Shown: positions 1-12,144 of the stretch, in pieces
How positions within the stretch are numbered: the first letter of the stretch is position 1
Layout of the letters: every line of letters begins with the position of its first letter
Assembly: GCF_963921235.1 (NCBI RefSeq)
Contig: NC_086097.1
Span: 141,796,001 to 141,860,000 of the forward strand
Origin: Mobula hypostoma
Lineage: Eukaryota
Direction of reading: 5' to 3'
Length of the DNA stretch: 64,000 nucleotides
Notes under the pieces: model-generated
What the model saw: only the letters and a program-made list of their open reading frames with translations
Database searches by the model: none
What the model was told of the DNA's origin: nothing
Made by a program: the position numbers and the translations under genes

Positions 1-840
1 ATAATATTTCTTTAACAACTTGGGTCCTCCAGACCTGGCAACATCCTTGTAAATTTCTCTGCACTCTTTTAAACTTATTTACATCTTTCCTGTAGGTAGT
101 TGACTAAAACTGCACACAATACTTCAAATTAGGCCTCACCAATGTCTTATACAACTTCAACATCACATCCCATCTCCTGTACTCAAAACTGTGATTTATG
201 AGTGCCAATGTGTCAAAGCTTTAACAACCCTATCAGCCTATGAAGCCACTTTCAATGAATTATGGGCTTGTATTACCAGATCCCTTAGTTCTAAAGTACT
301 CCTTAGTGCCCTACCGTACACTGTGTAAGACCTACTCTGGTTGGTCTTACTGAAGTGCAACTCCTCACACTTACCTGCATTAAATTTCATCTACCATCTT
401 CAGCCCATTTTTCCAGCTGGTCCAGATCCCACTGCAAGCCCTGATAGCCTCCCTCGCAGTCCACTGCACCTCCAATCTTGGTGTCTTCCGCAGATTTGCT
501 GATCCAGTTAACCACATTATCATGCAGATCGTTGATATAGATGACAAACAACAACAGACTCAGCATTGATCCCTGCGACACTTCACTAATCCCAGGCCTC
601 CTGTCAGAGAGGCAACCATCTACTATCACTCTCTGGCTTCTCTCACAAAGCTAATGTCTAATCCAGTATATTACCTCATCTTAAAAGCTGAATGACTGAA
701 CCTCTGGACCAGCTTTCCATGCAAGACCATGTCAAATACCTTGCTAAAGTCTGTGTAGGCAACATCCACGACCTTGTCCTCATCACCTTTCCTGGTAACT
801 TCCTTGAAAAACTCTGTAAGAGTAGTTAGACATGACCTTT
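1..840 (-). mobile_element. CR1-clade LINE fragment (RT C-terminal region), decayed
   Basis: Minus-strand frames give VDVAYTDFSKVFDMVLHGKL and VIYINDL..NWISKSAEDTKIGG, degenerate CR1 RT motifs (DFxKAFD, FADDTK). Confidence 0.85.
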
Positions 841-1230
841 GAATAAAGAGCATCCTGATGTATGTAACTTCACTGTCCAGATCTTCTAGAGTTGAGTGAA
901 GAGCCAATGTAATGGTCTCTGCTGTTGATCTTGTGACAGTAGGCAAATTGGAGAAGATCCCAGTCACTTCTCAAGCAGAAGATGATATGTTTCATAACCA
1001 ACCTCTCAAAGCACTTCATCACATAGCTTCTTAGGCACAGGTATAATTGAAGCCTGCTTGAAGCAGGTGGGTACCTCAGACTGCTGAAGTAAGAGGTTAA
1101 ATATATCGGTGAATACTCCAGCCAGTTGATCAGCGCAGATCTTTAGTAACTCGGCCAGGTACCTGTCTTTCTAATAGTTCACCCTCCTGAAGAATGCTCT
1201 TCCGTTGGCCTTGGAGACTGATCAGAGTCA
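841..1230 (-). mobile_element. Rex1/Babar LINE RT fragment
   Basis: ITLALHSTLEDLDSEVTYIRMLFI matches the cleaner Rex1 copy at 43.4 kb ([28 protein letters not shown]). Confidence 0.75.
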
Positions 1231-1235
1231 GAGAC

Positions 1236-1593
1236 TGACCATTCTCTGACCTCTTTTAATAAGGCATTTTTACCCACAGAACTGCTCACCAGATAGTGCT
1301 TGTTTTTCACACCGTCCTCTGTAAATTCCAGAGGCTCTTGTGAGTGAAAACCCAAGGAGATCAGCTTCTGAGATGCTCAAACCATCCCCTCTGGCACCAA
1401 TAATCATTCCACAGTCGAAGTTACAAATATCACATTTCTTCCCCATTCTGATATTTGATCTAAACAACAATTGAACCTCTTGACCATGTCTGCGTGCTTT
1501 TATGCATTGAGTTGCTGCCACAGGATTGGCTGATTAGATATTTGCATTAATAAGCAGGTGTACTGGTGTACCTAATGAAGTTGCCACTAAATG
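1236..1593 (-). mobile_element. Tc1-like DNA transposon 5' fragment
   Basis: MGKKCDICNFDCGMIIGARGDGLSISEADLLGFS is a Tc1 paired-like N-terminus; terminus ends at a TA (1594-1595). Confidence 0.75.
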
Positions 1594-1769
1594 TAATTCT
1601 GAAATGGTGTTCCAGTTGGAAGGGAATATGCAACTGGTAATGTTTCTCTGCACCCACTGCCCTTGACCTCCTTTACACTAATTGTCAATTATTTTGATAG
1701 GAAGACAGACAATTCCAAAGTAGTTGAGACACTGTAAAAAATGGTGTAATGAAAGGGACAGTGCACTGT

Positions 1770-2200
1770 TAGTAGCTAGACAGTGTCTGTGTACAGAGGG
1801 ATCTTGGGGTCCAAGCTCCCTGAGAGTCCCTGCACAGGTTGATAGGGTAGTGAAAAAGGCATATGGCTTGCTTGCCTTTCTTAGTTGAGGCATTGAGTTC
1901 AAGATCCAGGAAGATAGGTTGCAGGTTGATTAAACTCTGGTTAGACTGTATCTGGAGTATTCCTGTCAGTTCTGAATGCCCCATTACAGAAAGAATGTGG
2001 AGGCTATGGAGAAGGTGCTGCATGGAATAAAGTACATGTGTCTAAGGAGAGGTTGGACAAACTTGGGTTGTTTTCTGTGGGTCATTGGAGGTTGATGGGA
2101 GATCTGAGGTTTATAAGATCATCAAAGGGATGATCTTAAATGTCATTTTCTCACATGCCTAATACTACAGGGCGTGTATTTAAGGTGAGAAGGAGCAGGT
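1770..2200 (+). mobile_element. CR1 LINE 3' ORF2 fragment
   Basis: Degenerate LYKTLVRxxLEY..QFW and GDLIEVYK-type sequence, homologous to 41840-42280. Confidence 0.7.
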
Positions 2201-2201
2201 T

Positions 2202-2530
2202 CATAGAACATAGAATAGCACAGTACAGGTCTTTTAGCCCATGATGTTGTACCGACTTTTTAACCTACTCCAAGTTCAATCTAGTGCCACATAGCACTTC
2301 ATTTTTCTTTCATCCATGTGCCTTATCTAGGTAGTCTCTTAAGTGTCCCTAATGTGTCTGCCTCTGCCTCTACCACTACCTGGGCTGTGTTTTCCACACA
2401 TCCATCACTCTCTGTGTAAAACCTACCTCTGACATCCCTCCCTGTATTTTCCTCCATTCAGCTTAAAATATGCCCTCTTGTATTTTAGCCATTTCCACCC
2501 TAGGAAAAGGGTGCTGGTTGTCCACTCTAA
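2202..2530 (-). mobile_element. CR1 LINE 3' end with short tandem tail
   Basis: Starts catagaacatagaa (reverse of a TTCTATG-type tail), followed by CR1 3' UTR-like sequence. Confidence 0.65.
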
Positions 2531-2832
2531 AGGCTGATTTATAGTTCTGCGTAAAATCGACGGCGTAGGTACGGTGTAGCTGCGAACCCTACGCAGTCCC
2601 TATGCAAATCCCTACACCGTAGGGTGACGTGCACCTCTCCCAAAATGTAACTACACGTCGCGGCAGTACAGACCGCAACAACTGTGATCGGTCCACTTGG
2701 CAGCATCGCATTTCCTCCTACGCTGCAATAGCTTCCCATTGAACGACTGAAGGGCAGGGAAGGAACTCTGGCTGCAATGCTTTCCATAAAGCTTTACAGA
2801 CCTCCGAAATTATGGAGGACACGTTTCGCTTT
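2531..2832 (-). mobile_element. PIF/Harbinger non-autonomous element, truncated
   Basis: TAA then aggctgatttatagttctgcgt, the same TIR as 6464-7183; collinear with that copy for about 290 bp. Confidence 0.8.
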
Positions 2833-2834
2833 TG

Positions 2835-3920
2835 GGGTCAGCGGTGGAAAGGGTGAACAGCTTGAAGTTCCTGGGTATCAACACAGGATCTATCCTGAGA
2901 CCAACACATTTGTGCAGTCATAAAGAAAGTACAACAGTGGCTTGTTGAGAGTTTGAAGTGATTTGATGTGTTTTGTTTGCAAATTTCTAAAGATGCATGG
3001 AGGTATTTCTGATTGCATCCCAGACTGGTATGGAGACTCTAATGCACAGTATTACCGGATACTGCAGAGGGTTATGGACTCAGTCATCTCCATCTTGGAC
3101 ACAACCCTCCCTACCATCAAATAAATCTTCAACACTTCAAGAGGGAGTTTCTCAAGGTGAAGGACCCTTGCCATCTATGGTGTGACCTCTTGTTGCTACA
3201 ATCAAGGAAGGAGGCAAAGAAACAGGAGAAAATCTGCAGATGCTGGAAATCCAAGCAACACACACAATCTCCAACCTGATGGCATGAACATAGATCTCTC
3301 AAACTTCAGTAATGCCTCCTCTACCCCCTCCCCCTTACGATTTCCCACCCACATACAATGCTGGAGGAACTCAGTAGGTCAGACAGCATTTATAGAAAAG
3401 AGTACAGTTGACATTTCGGGCCAAGACCCTTCAGCGGGATTGGAGAAAAAAAATACCAAACGACCAAAAATAATATCTTTTAAAAAAAGTGACTATAACA
3501 AACAAACCTGTATTTCACACCTATAACAATTAAGACCTTCATTACTTATTGCAGATAATTCCCATAACTGAACCAAGGATTTTGTTTGATGTGTCAGGTA
3601 CCAAATGCCACTATCATCCAAGACATCAAGGCTGCAAAAAAATTTTTTTCTTTCGTCCTGCTGAAAGGTCTTGGCCTGGAAAGAGTGCAGTTTTCATTTC
3701 CATAGATGCTGCCTGGCCCGCTAAGTTCCTCCAGCATTTTGTGTTGAAGGAGGCACAGAAGCCTGTAAAGCCATTCTTTTGCTCTGTCATCAGATATCTG
3801 AACCATCCATGAACACTATCTTGTTATTCCATATATTTGTGCTATTTATTTATTTTGTACTTTATAGTAGTTTTGTCTTTCCAATGTACTGCTGCCACAA
3901 AATGACAAATTTCATCGTCT
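2835..3920 (+). mobile_element. Rex1/Babar LINE 3' fragment interrupted by a Penelope composite
   Basis: Degenerate VERVxxFKFLG region and Rex1-like 3' UTR; reads continuously across 3217-3745 once the gaaggaggca duplication is removed. Confidence 0.7.
3217..3745. mobile_element. Composite Penelope-like insertion: inverted terminal fragments enclosing a copy of flanking DNA
   Basis: 10-bp TSD gaaggaggca at 3207-3216 and 3746-3755; Penelope terminal pieces at 3217-3445 (mostly -) and 3650-3745 (+). Confidence 0.75.
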
Positions 3921-5208
3921 GATATCTCACTGTTGACATGATAAAGATGGTATTTTATGTGGGGAAAAATGGTGCGGTCAAGTAATTTTTATTGTGACGA
4001 TGCTTGAAGAATATTGATGTGAAGGTTGTTTAAGGCCTCAAGTTGCTGTGTAAGCTTTTGTTTTGTCAGTTCTAACAATGGTAAAGTTGACTCTAATGAA
4101 AGGTTTTTAATGACAGTAGCACTTGGTAGCTGATGCATCAAAGAAAATCCTTGGTTCAGTTATTGAAGTGATCTTAAATAGGTATTGAAAATCTCAATTG
4201 TTAAAGGTGTGAAGTACAGATTTTTGTTATGGTCACTTTTTTAAAATAAGATTTTACCTTTGGTCGTTAGAAGACAAATTTTAATCTGTTCAGAAATTGG
4301 TGAATGAATCAGTGTTCTGCTAATTTGGAGGTCAATTCAATCACAGTTTCAGGAGAATTGAAGAGTGCTGTAGAAGGAAGGAAGCAAAAAGCAGTAGTGC
4401 AGCATAGGATACATCATGCCATGAGATATTTGGTTTACTGAAGTGGATATAACTGTCATTTGTAATCTTTGATTCTCTTACCTGTTCTCAGTCAACCAGA
4501 TATTTCCTTGACCTTGCTCTGTCAAGCAAAATTATCCTAGGGTTAACATAAAATCTAGCAAGTGTATATAATCCTCTCTGATGTCAGTTAGTCCTAATAC
4601 AGTATATGCTAGATTCGGCAGTGAATTTAGACTCGCTTGTTTAAAGCTCGCCTGTGGAATCATGTACACGATGGTTGCATGTATGTGATGTTTGTATACT
4701 TGGCTTCTAAGTTCTAGATCCAGAATAGGTCAGCTATTCAATGGAATGGAGGATGTTGGATTGAAAAGATAAATAATTTAAGGTAAGTCAGCATTTTCTC
4801 TTAATTTTGAGCAGTGTGGTATATAATAGTTAAGTGCATTTCTCCCAAAATTCTGGAGTTTCCAATTCTGTCAGCGTGTGATGAGCAGAGAGATTCAATT
4901 CTGTTCAAGCAGACCAGAGGAAGAACCTGACAGGCTATTTTTGATAAAGTCCTGCATGTGAGATATTGATCTTAGGGTTGGAAAGGAGCGAGGGTATTAT
5001 GGAAATACCTTGAAAGGAATATTGGAAACGATTATTAAAAATATTAGTGGGATACTAGGACAAAATTCAAGGTGATCAGGAAGTTGATATTTTTATTTTA
5101 ACCATCATGGAATCATGGTTAGAAAATGGAATAGCTTACATAAAACCAAGATGAAGCGCAAGTATTTTTCTTTGGTTAGTAAGATGAAAGATATGATAGA
5201 TTAATGCT

Positions 5209-5710
5209 ACAACATACATCAAAGTTGCTGGTGAACGCAGCAGGCCAGGCAGCATCTATAGGAAGAAGCGCAGTCGACGTTTCAGGCCGAGACCCTTCGT
5301 CAGGACTAACTGAAGGAAGAGTGAGTAAGGGATTTGAAAGCTGGAGGGGGAGGGGGAGATGCAAAATGATAGGAGAAGACAGGAGGGGGAGGGATGGAGC
5401 CGAGAGCTGGACAGGTGATAGGCAGAAGGGGGTACGAGAGGATCATGGGACAGGAGGTCCGGGAAGAAAGACGGGGGGGGGTGACCCAGAGGATGGGCAA
5501 GAGGTATATTCAGAGGGACAGAGGGAGAAAAAGGAGAGTGAGAGAAAGAATGTGTGCATTAAAAAGAGTAACAGATGGGGTACGAGGGGGAGGTGGGGCC
5601 TAGCGGAAGTTAGAGAAGGCAATGTTCATGCCATCAGGTTGGAGGCTACCCAGACGGAATATAAGGTGTTGTTCCTCCAACCTGAGTGTGGCTTCATCTT
5701 TACAGTAGAG
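5209..5710 (-). mobile_element. Penelope-like element, 5'-truncated 3' end
   Basis: Near-identical to 12043-12540; 13-bp TSD atagattaatgct at 5196-5208 and 5715-5727. Confidence 0.9.
5271..5312 (-). ncRNA. Minimal type I hammerhead ribozyme
   Basis: Minus strand reads cagttAGUC-CUGACGA-a-GGG ucucgg CCU-GAAAC-GUC-GACUg: complete core, stems I and II, GUC cleavage triplet. Confidence 0.8.
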
Positions 5711-6004
5711 ATTAATAGATTAATGCTGTTGTCTCTCTAAATGGCTCGGATGAATGCACTGAAGATTTGCTGTTGATGTAAAGATTGATTGGAAAGTAAT
5801 TTTGAGAAGATACCATAAGGAAACTACGGAGCTATGCATATTGGCTAAGGTATGGGCAAAGTTCTGGCAAGTAGATATTTTAATGTGAAGATTTTGGCAG
5901 TAAAGCTCAATGAACCTGTTCAGGTAGCAAATCTCCAGGTGAGTGACTGCAACTTTAGCTGGGAGACAGTGATCACAGTTCCTGATCTCTGACAGAGATA
6001 GGAG

Positions 6005-6320
6005 CAGACAGTATGGGAAAGTATTTAATTGGCAGGGGAGAATTATGATGCTATTAGGCAGGAACTTGTAAGTGCAAAGAAATGTAGAGGTTGTTTAGGG
6101 AGTATTTGCATGGTGTTCTGGATGGGTTTGTCCTATTGAAGCAGGGACAGGGTCGGATGAAGGAACTATGGTTGACAGAATAGTATAACATCTCGTCAAG
6201 AAAGCATACTTAAGGTTCAGGAAGCAAGGTTCAAATAAGGCTCTGGAGAGTTGTACAGTACCTCAGAAGGAGCTTAGAAAGGGACTTGGGAGAGCTAGAA
6301 GAGGACATGAGAAGGTCATA
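6005..6320 (+). mobile_element. CR1 ORF2 internal fragment
   Basis: Similar to the post-endonuclease region of other CR1 copies (aattggcagggg..aattatgatgctattaggcaggaact; gaactatggttgaca). Confidence 0.55.
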
Positions 6321-6324
6321 ATTA

Positions 6325-7828
6325 GTACTATGTGGCTATGTATAGCTCAAATGTCATCTGTAGATTTGCTGATATACCGGCTGGTTCAGTGGTGTTGTAG
6401 CAACAACCTTGCACTCAACGTCAGTAAGATGAAAGAGTTGATTGTGGACTTCAGGAAGAGAAAAGGCTAATTTATACTTCTGCGTCAAAGCTACGCTGTA
6501 GGTACGGTGTAGCCGCATACCCTACGTCGTGGCCGGACGCACACCTCCACCAAAATTGTAACCACACATTGCGCCGACTCAGACCGCAACAACTGTGATT
6601 GGTCCGCTTGGTAGCATTACATTTCCTCCTATGCTGCAATAGCTTCCCATTGGGCGACTGAAGGGCAGGGAAGGAACTCTGACTGCAATGCTTTCCATAA
6701 AGCTTTACAGACCTCCGAAACTATGGAGGACCCTGTGCTTGACGCCAGTTTGTAGCTAGTTGCTACAACCTGTTGACTTTCACCTGAAGCTAAGACTCAA
6801 ATGGTGATTGCCAGTCTCTGAGTATACTGTGCGTACACTGATGTGAAGTAAATGGTTGGAGACGATGAACCAAATCGTCAAATCTACCTGCCGACATCCG
6901 AAAATATTAGCAATGCATTTCCTCGTCCATGTCTCTCAGTGGCTGGACAAGCACAGAAAGTTCACCCTGCTTCAGTTTCAGTCGCCGGTGTTTGAAGTTT
7001 GAGTTTCTTCGTGTTAAATTTCAACACGAAGAAACTCAACACAGTGGCATAGAAACCCCAGCGCCAACTAGCGTTTTGGCGGTGAATTGCAGAGCGATGC
7101 AGACACAGCAAGGCACAAGTATAAATGCCTACAACAGCGTAGGCCACTTGCATAGGCTACTACGCAGAAGTATAAATCAGCCTTAAGATGTGGGAAGACG
7201 AACCAATCTTCATAGATCAGAAGTGGAGAGAGTGAGCATTTTCAAGTTCCTGGGTGTCAAGATCTCTGAGGATTTAACCTGGTTCCAACCTAATGATGCA
7301 GCTATAAAGAAGGAAAGACTGTGGCTGTATTTCCTTAGGAGTTTGAAGAGATTTGGTTTGTCACCTAAAGCACTCAAACTTCTGTAGATGTACTGTGGAG
7401 AGCATTCTGCTACTGCACGGGACCGAAATAAGCTACAGAAAGTTGTAAAGTTAGTCAGCTCCAGCTTGGGTACTGGCCTCTGTAGTATCCAGAATAGCGG
7501 CGTCCATTATTAAGGAGCCTCATCACCCAGGACATGCTCTCTTCGCATTGTTACTGCCAGGAAGGAGGTACAGAAGCCTGAAGGAACACATTCAGTGATT
7601 CAGGAATAGCTCCTTCCCCTCTGCCATCTTCTTTCTATATGGACATTGAACCCATGAAAACTACCTCACTTTTATTATGTTTTTGCACTATTTTTAATTT
7701 AACTGTTTAATACCCATATATTTACTGTAATATATTTACTTTTAACCTTATGTTATCATGTACTGTATTAAGTTGCTACTAAGTTCACAGATTTCACAGC
7801 CTATGGTGATATTAAACCTGATTCTGAT
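6325..7828 (+). mobile_element. Rex1/Babar LINE 3' part, split by Harbinger
   Basis: NNLALNVSKMKELIVDFRK before the insert, SEVERVSIFKFLGVKISEDLTW after it; ends aaacctgattctgat; homologous to 44451-45300. Confidence 0.85.
6464..7183 (-). mobile_element. PIF/Harbinger internally deleted element
   Basis: TIRs aggctaatttatacttctgcgt / acgcagaagtataaatcagcct; flanks AAA and TAA (3-bp TSD, one mismatch). Minus strand encodes YFRMSAGRFDDLV and [40 protein letters not shown], a Harbinger transposase N-terminal region. Confidence 0.88.
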
Positions 7829-7859
7829 GTCAAAATATTTGCTGTCTTGGGTTGAAAAA

Positions 7860-8140
7860 TTGCCATACCAAGCTGTGGTGTATCAGCTTAGGTTGCCTTT
7901 TATGGTGTGTCTATAAAAAAAATTAATGAAGTTCATCAGGGTCATGTCAAATTTCATTGGCCTTCTGAGAAGGTAGAAGTGTGGTGTGCTTTCTTGGCCA
8001 TTATTACCTTCATCGTTGGACCAGGACAAGCTATTGGTGATGTTTACACAGAGGAACTTGAAGCATTCACTCATCCACCTCAATGCCATTCGTCATACAG
8101 GATTGTGTACACGCCCCTAACCACCATTACTTTATCATTT
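7860..8140 (-). mobile_element. Rex1/Babar fragment
   Basis: FKFLCVNITNSLSWS motif on the minus strand. Confidence 0.65.
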
Positions 8141-8184
8141 CCTGTCAGTAACCCTGTGTACAAACATTCCTCTGCCTAGTATCT

Positions 8185-9046
8185 TGGGTAATGATGAGTT
8201 TGAGTACAGAGAGGAAATTAAGAACCTGGTGGCATGATGTGAAGACAATAACCTATCCCTCAACGTCAGCAAGACGAAGGAATTGGTTATTGACTTCAGA
8301 AGGAGTAGCGGACCGCACGACCCCATTTACATCAGTGGTGCGCAAGTGGAACAGGTCAAAAGCTTTAAGTTCCTTGGGGTCAGTATCACAAATGACCTGA
8401 CTTGGTCCAAACAAGCAGAGTCCACTGCCAAGAAGGCCCACCAGTGCCTTTACTTCCTGAGAAAGAGAAATTTGGCCTGTCCCCTAAAACCCTCACTAAT
8501 TTTTATAGATGCATCGAAGAAAGCATTCTTCTAGGGTGTATCACAACCTGGTATGGAAGTTGTCCTGTCCAAGACCGGAAGAAGTTGCAGAAGATCATAA
8601 ACACAGCCCAGCACATCACACAAACCAATCTTCCATCCTTGGACTCACTTTACACTGCAGGCTATTGGAGCAGTACTGCTAGGATAATCAAGGACATGAC
8701 CCACCCAGCCAACACACTTTTCGTCCCCCTTCGCTCTGGGAGAAGGCTCAGGAGCTTGAAGACCCTAATGGCCAGATTTGGGAACAGCTTCTTTCCAACT
8801 GTGATGAGACTGCTGAACAGATCCCGACCCGGATCTAGGCTGTGCCCTCCAAATATCCGGACCTACCTCTTGGCTTTTTTGCACTACCTTACTTTCCATT
8901 TTCTGTTTTCTATTTATGATTTATAATTTAAAATTTTAATATTTACTATCGATTTGTGCTCCAGGGAGTGGGAAGTGCAGAATCAAATATCGCTGTGATG
9001 ATTGTACATTCTAGTATCAATTGTTTGGCGACAATAAAGTATAAAG
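8185..9046 (+). mobile_element. Rex1/Babar LINE, 5'-truncated, relatively young second family
   Basis: VIDFRR..VEQVKSFKFLGVSITNDLTWS..LTNFYRCIEESIL..WYGSC..FGNSFFPTVMRLLN with few lesions; tail ataaagtataaag. Confidence 0.88.
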
Positions 9047-9674
9047 CACCACTTCATAAATATACAATCAGTCGTGTATACAAGCCATTTTATGTTTGTG
9101 TTTATTTTTTTATTGGTATTATTGTGTTCTTGCATTGGATCTGGAGTAACAATTATTTCGTATTCCTTTATACTTGTATGCAGGAAATCACTAAAAAATC
9201 TTGAATTCTGCCCCAATTCCTAAAGTCATTGATCAGCACTGTAGTTTTGCTGAATTTGCGAGGAGAAGTTATTGCCTTGTCACCATGCCCCCAGTTTTCT
9301 TATCTCCTTCCTCTGCTCTAAATTGTCATTTATTTGAGATTCTACTTACTGTGGTAGTGACTTTTACAAGCTTGTAGATGGAGTTCGAGCAGGTCTAGCA
9401 GTTTGGAATTAATGTATTCTAGGAGCTATAGTCAATTAATACAAGCTTGTGGGTGTCTGTTGTAAGGTGAAGGAAGTCACTGGGGAGACACAGCTGGTAG
9501 ATATAAATTAGTCTATATATTCGATGCACATATTCACAAATAAGCTTGACAGCCTTTTGGAGTCATGCGGGGGGGGGGGGTAGGTGGGGTGGAGAGAAGA
9601 GAGGCAGAGACTCCCCAACCCAACATTACAGCACATCTTAATATGCTAAAGAACAAAGGTAACAGGGCATTTTC

Positions 9675-9792
9675 AAGCAAGAGAAAATCTGCAGATGCTG
9701 GAAATCTGAGCAACACATACAAAATGCTGGAGGAACGCAGCATCTAGGAAAACAGTACATTTGATGTTTCAGGCTGAAACCTTCAGGGACAG
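9675..9792 (-). mobile_element. Penelope-like terminal fragment
   Basis: gagaaaatctgcagatgctggaaat..aaaatgctggaggaac terminus with a decayed hammerhead. Confidence 0.7.
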
Positions 9793-11302
9793 GTTAAAAA
9801 TGTCTGGAAATACACCCACCAACTGATCCCAGTCATATACTCAGATTGTGGGTGGGACTGCATCTGATCCAGGCACTTTCCACAAATTCACTCTCAGGAA
9901 GACTGATCAGATGTCTACAATGATGACTGGGTGTAAAGGTGTTGGTGGCTATCAGGGTGGGTGGTGTAATTTTATTGCCCATTGCGCTAGGACTGATAAG
10001 CGCCTTGGCCTGAACTGATGAAGCGCCTTGGCCTCTGTGTTGATGCCACCTGATCTGCATTTTGTGGGTTTTACTAAACACGTTGAGCTCGTTGTCGGAT
10101 GTGTGTTGTCAGCGATGCTGTGCAACTTTGTTTTTCAGCCCTTTGTAGCATGCATTCCTTGCCACAACTGAAGGCTGATCCGGAGTTGGTATTGTCTCTT
10201 GGCATCCTTGATAGCTTAATTTCCTATGTAATATAATGTTAAGTTAGCATCTCGCAGGTCTCTTGTGACCCTGGCTATTTTGTAAGGGTCATAGCGGCTA
10301 AGACTTTGACAAAAAGCATAGAAGCACAAGCGTTTCTCACAAGATAAGCTGAGTGGGTAATATTATTCTTCGTATGCGACCCGTGTAACTTCAGTCCTTG
10401 CTTAAGAACAACTTGTACTATTGTTTGATTAACTGCTGTAAGAAACATAGCGTTTGCTAGATAAGCATTATAAGGAATGCCTGGTTCAAGGGTGGGAAGC
10501 TCTGAGGGGTAAGCTTATGTCTGGCTGTTCACAGACATAGGGTAGTTAAGCTGTTAAGCGAATAATTTATGGCTGATAAGTTAAACAATACTCATCTGTA
10601 CAGAAACTAAGGGGGTGAATCCACCTGTATCTATGTGCGTGACTGCTTATGTATAAAAAGCACTGTATTTGCTTCAGAAACCAGAGACCCCCGGAGCAGC
10701 CCAAGAGATTGCTTAAGGAGGGTTCTGTCTGGTAACTTGCTAATACAGGTTTCCCCCGCCATCCGAAGGTAGAGCGTTCCTGTGAGATGGTTTTTTAAGC
10801 CGAAATGTCGTAAAGTGAAGAAGCAATTACCATTTATTTATATGGGAAAATTTTGTGAGCATTCACAGACCCAGAAATAACCTACCAAATCATGTCAAAT
10901 AACACATAAAACCTAAAATAACAGTAACATATAGTAAAAGCAGGAATGATATGATAAATACCCAGCCTGTATAAAGTAGAAATACTTTTCCACAATCATT
11001 ACTGAACTGTTCTCCGTAGCGAAAATCTCATGCAAGCGCTGTTGGCAAAAACACGGCGCAAACCCTCTCCAGTAACCTTTGAGCTATGAAGCTGCCAAAT
11101 CATACCAAATAACACATAAAAATACACAGCCTATATAAAGTAGAAATAATGTATGTACAGTGTAGTATCACTTACTGGAATTGGGAAGACAGCGCAGAGC
11201 ACACTGATGATGGTGTGTTAGACTGAGTCGGACTTTGGGCGGTGCAGTGGCCCCCACCCTCCAGGCACTGACTGATACCGATCCACGAAGCACCCAGGGG
11301 TC

Positions 11303-11534
11303 CAGTGGTAGCCGGGAGGCACACAGCATATCTTTAAGAAAAAAGCCGAAATAAACATACTAATTAATTAGGTGCTGCCCGACACATAATTGTCGGCCCA
11401 GATCAGTGCCGATTTCCGATTGCGTCGTCTGTGATCTGGGCCGACAATTATGTGTCGGGCGGCACCTAATTAATTAGCATGTTTATTTCGGCTTTTTTCT
11501 TGAAGATGTGCTGTGTGCCTCCCGGCTACTGCTG
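11303..11534. repeat. Long inverted repeat (about 100-bp arms, 26-nt spacer)
   Basis: 11303-11405 is the near-perfect reverse complement of 11432-11534. Confidence 0.92.
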
Positions 11535-12102
11535 CATTCTCCGCGAATCGGTACAGTGTCTGTCCGTGGCCTGGGTGTTGGGGTGGTGGGACACTGGGGT
11601 GTCATCTCATCGTCTGTTTCCATTAGAGCAGTCAGCTCATCTTCTCCTATGACTGGCCACCTCGATGTCGAAGGTAGAGGTTCGTCGTCTGCTGTGGCTG
11701 ATGTAGAAGGCTTGCTTGACTGCTGAGCCTCGCGCATTTTTCTATCATACAGTTCTTTGTAAGGACTCAACCCATCTTGCAAATATCCCCTAAACCTACG
11801 TACCCTTTCAAAATTAAAGTCGTACTTTATCATTGCGAAGATCTCACACAGTTGCTTCACGTTCATTTCGCTAATGAATTTGGTTTCAATTGTTATCCTT
11901 TCTTCCAATTGCATCAGCTCTTCATCTGTCAGTTCTTGGTTATGGGATGCCAAAACCTCTTCAACATCATCTTTGTCAACTTCCACAAGCCAACTTACTT
12001 TGTCCTTGCTTCGTCCACCACAATCGAAATGCTTAACTATGTAACACACATCAAAGTTGCTGGTGAGCGCAGCAGGCCAGGCAGCATCTCTAGGAAGAGG
12101 TG

Positions 12103-12144
12103 CAGTTGACCTTTCAGGCCGAGACCCTTCGTCAGGACTAACTG
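12103..12144 (-). ncRNA. Hammerhead ribozyme, mutated stem III
   Basis: CUGACGA..GAAA core present, but GAAAG-GUC-AACU disrupts the ACGU palindrome and the first stem I pair. Confidence 0.6.

Noticed and set aside
4718..4782. Possible 65-nt exon ending at AG|GTAAGT
   Set aside because: Good donor but weak acceptor, length not a multiple of three, no recognisable peptide; unsupported without RNA data.
5204..5740. Plus-strand ORFs beginning HTSKLLVNAAGQAAS (also 12057, 25333)
   Set aside because: Antisense frames through the purine-rich Penelope terminus; they recur only because the repeat recurs.
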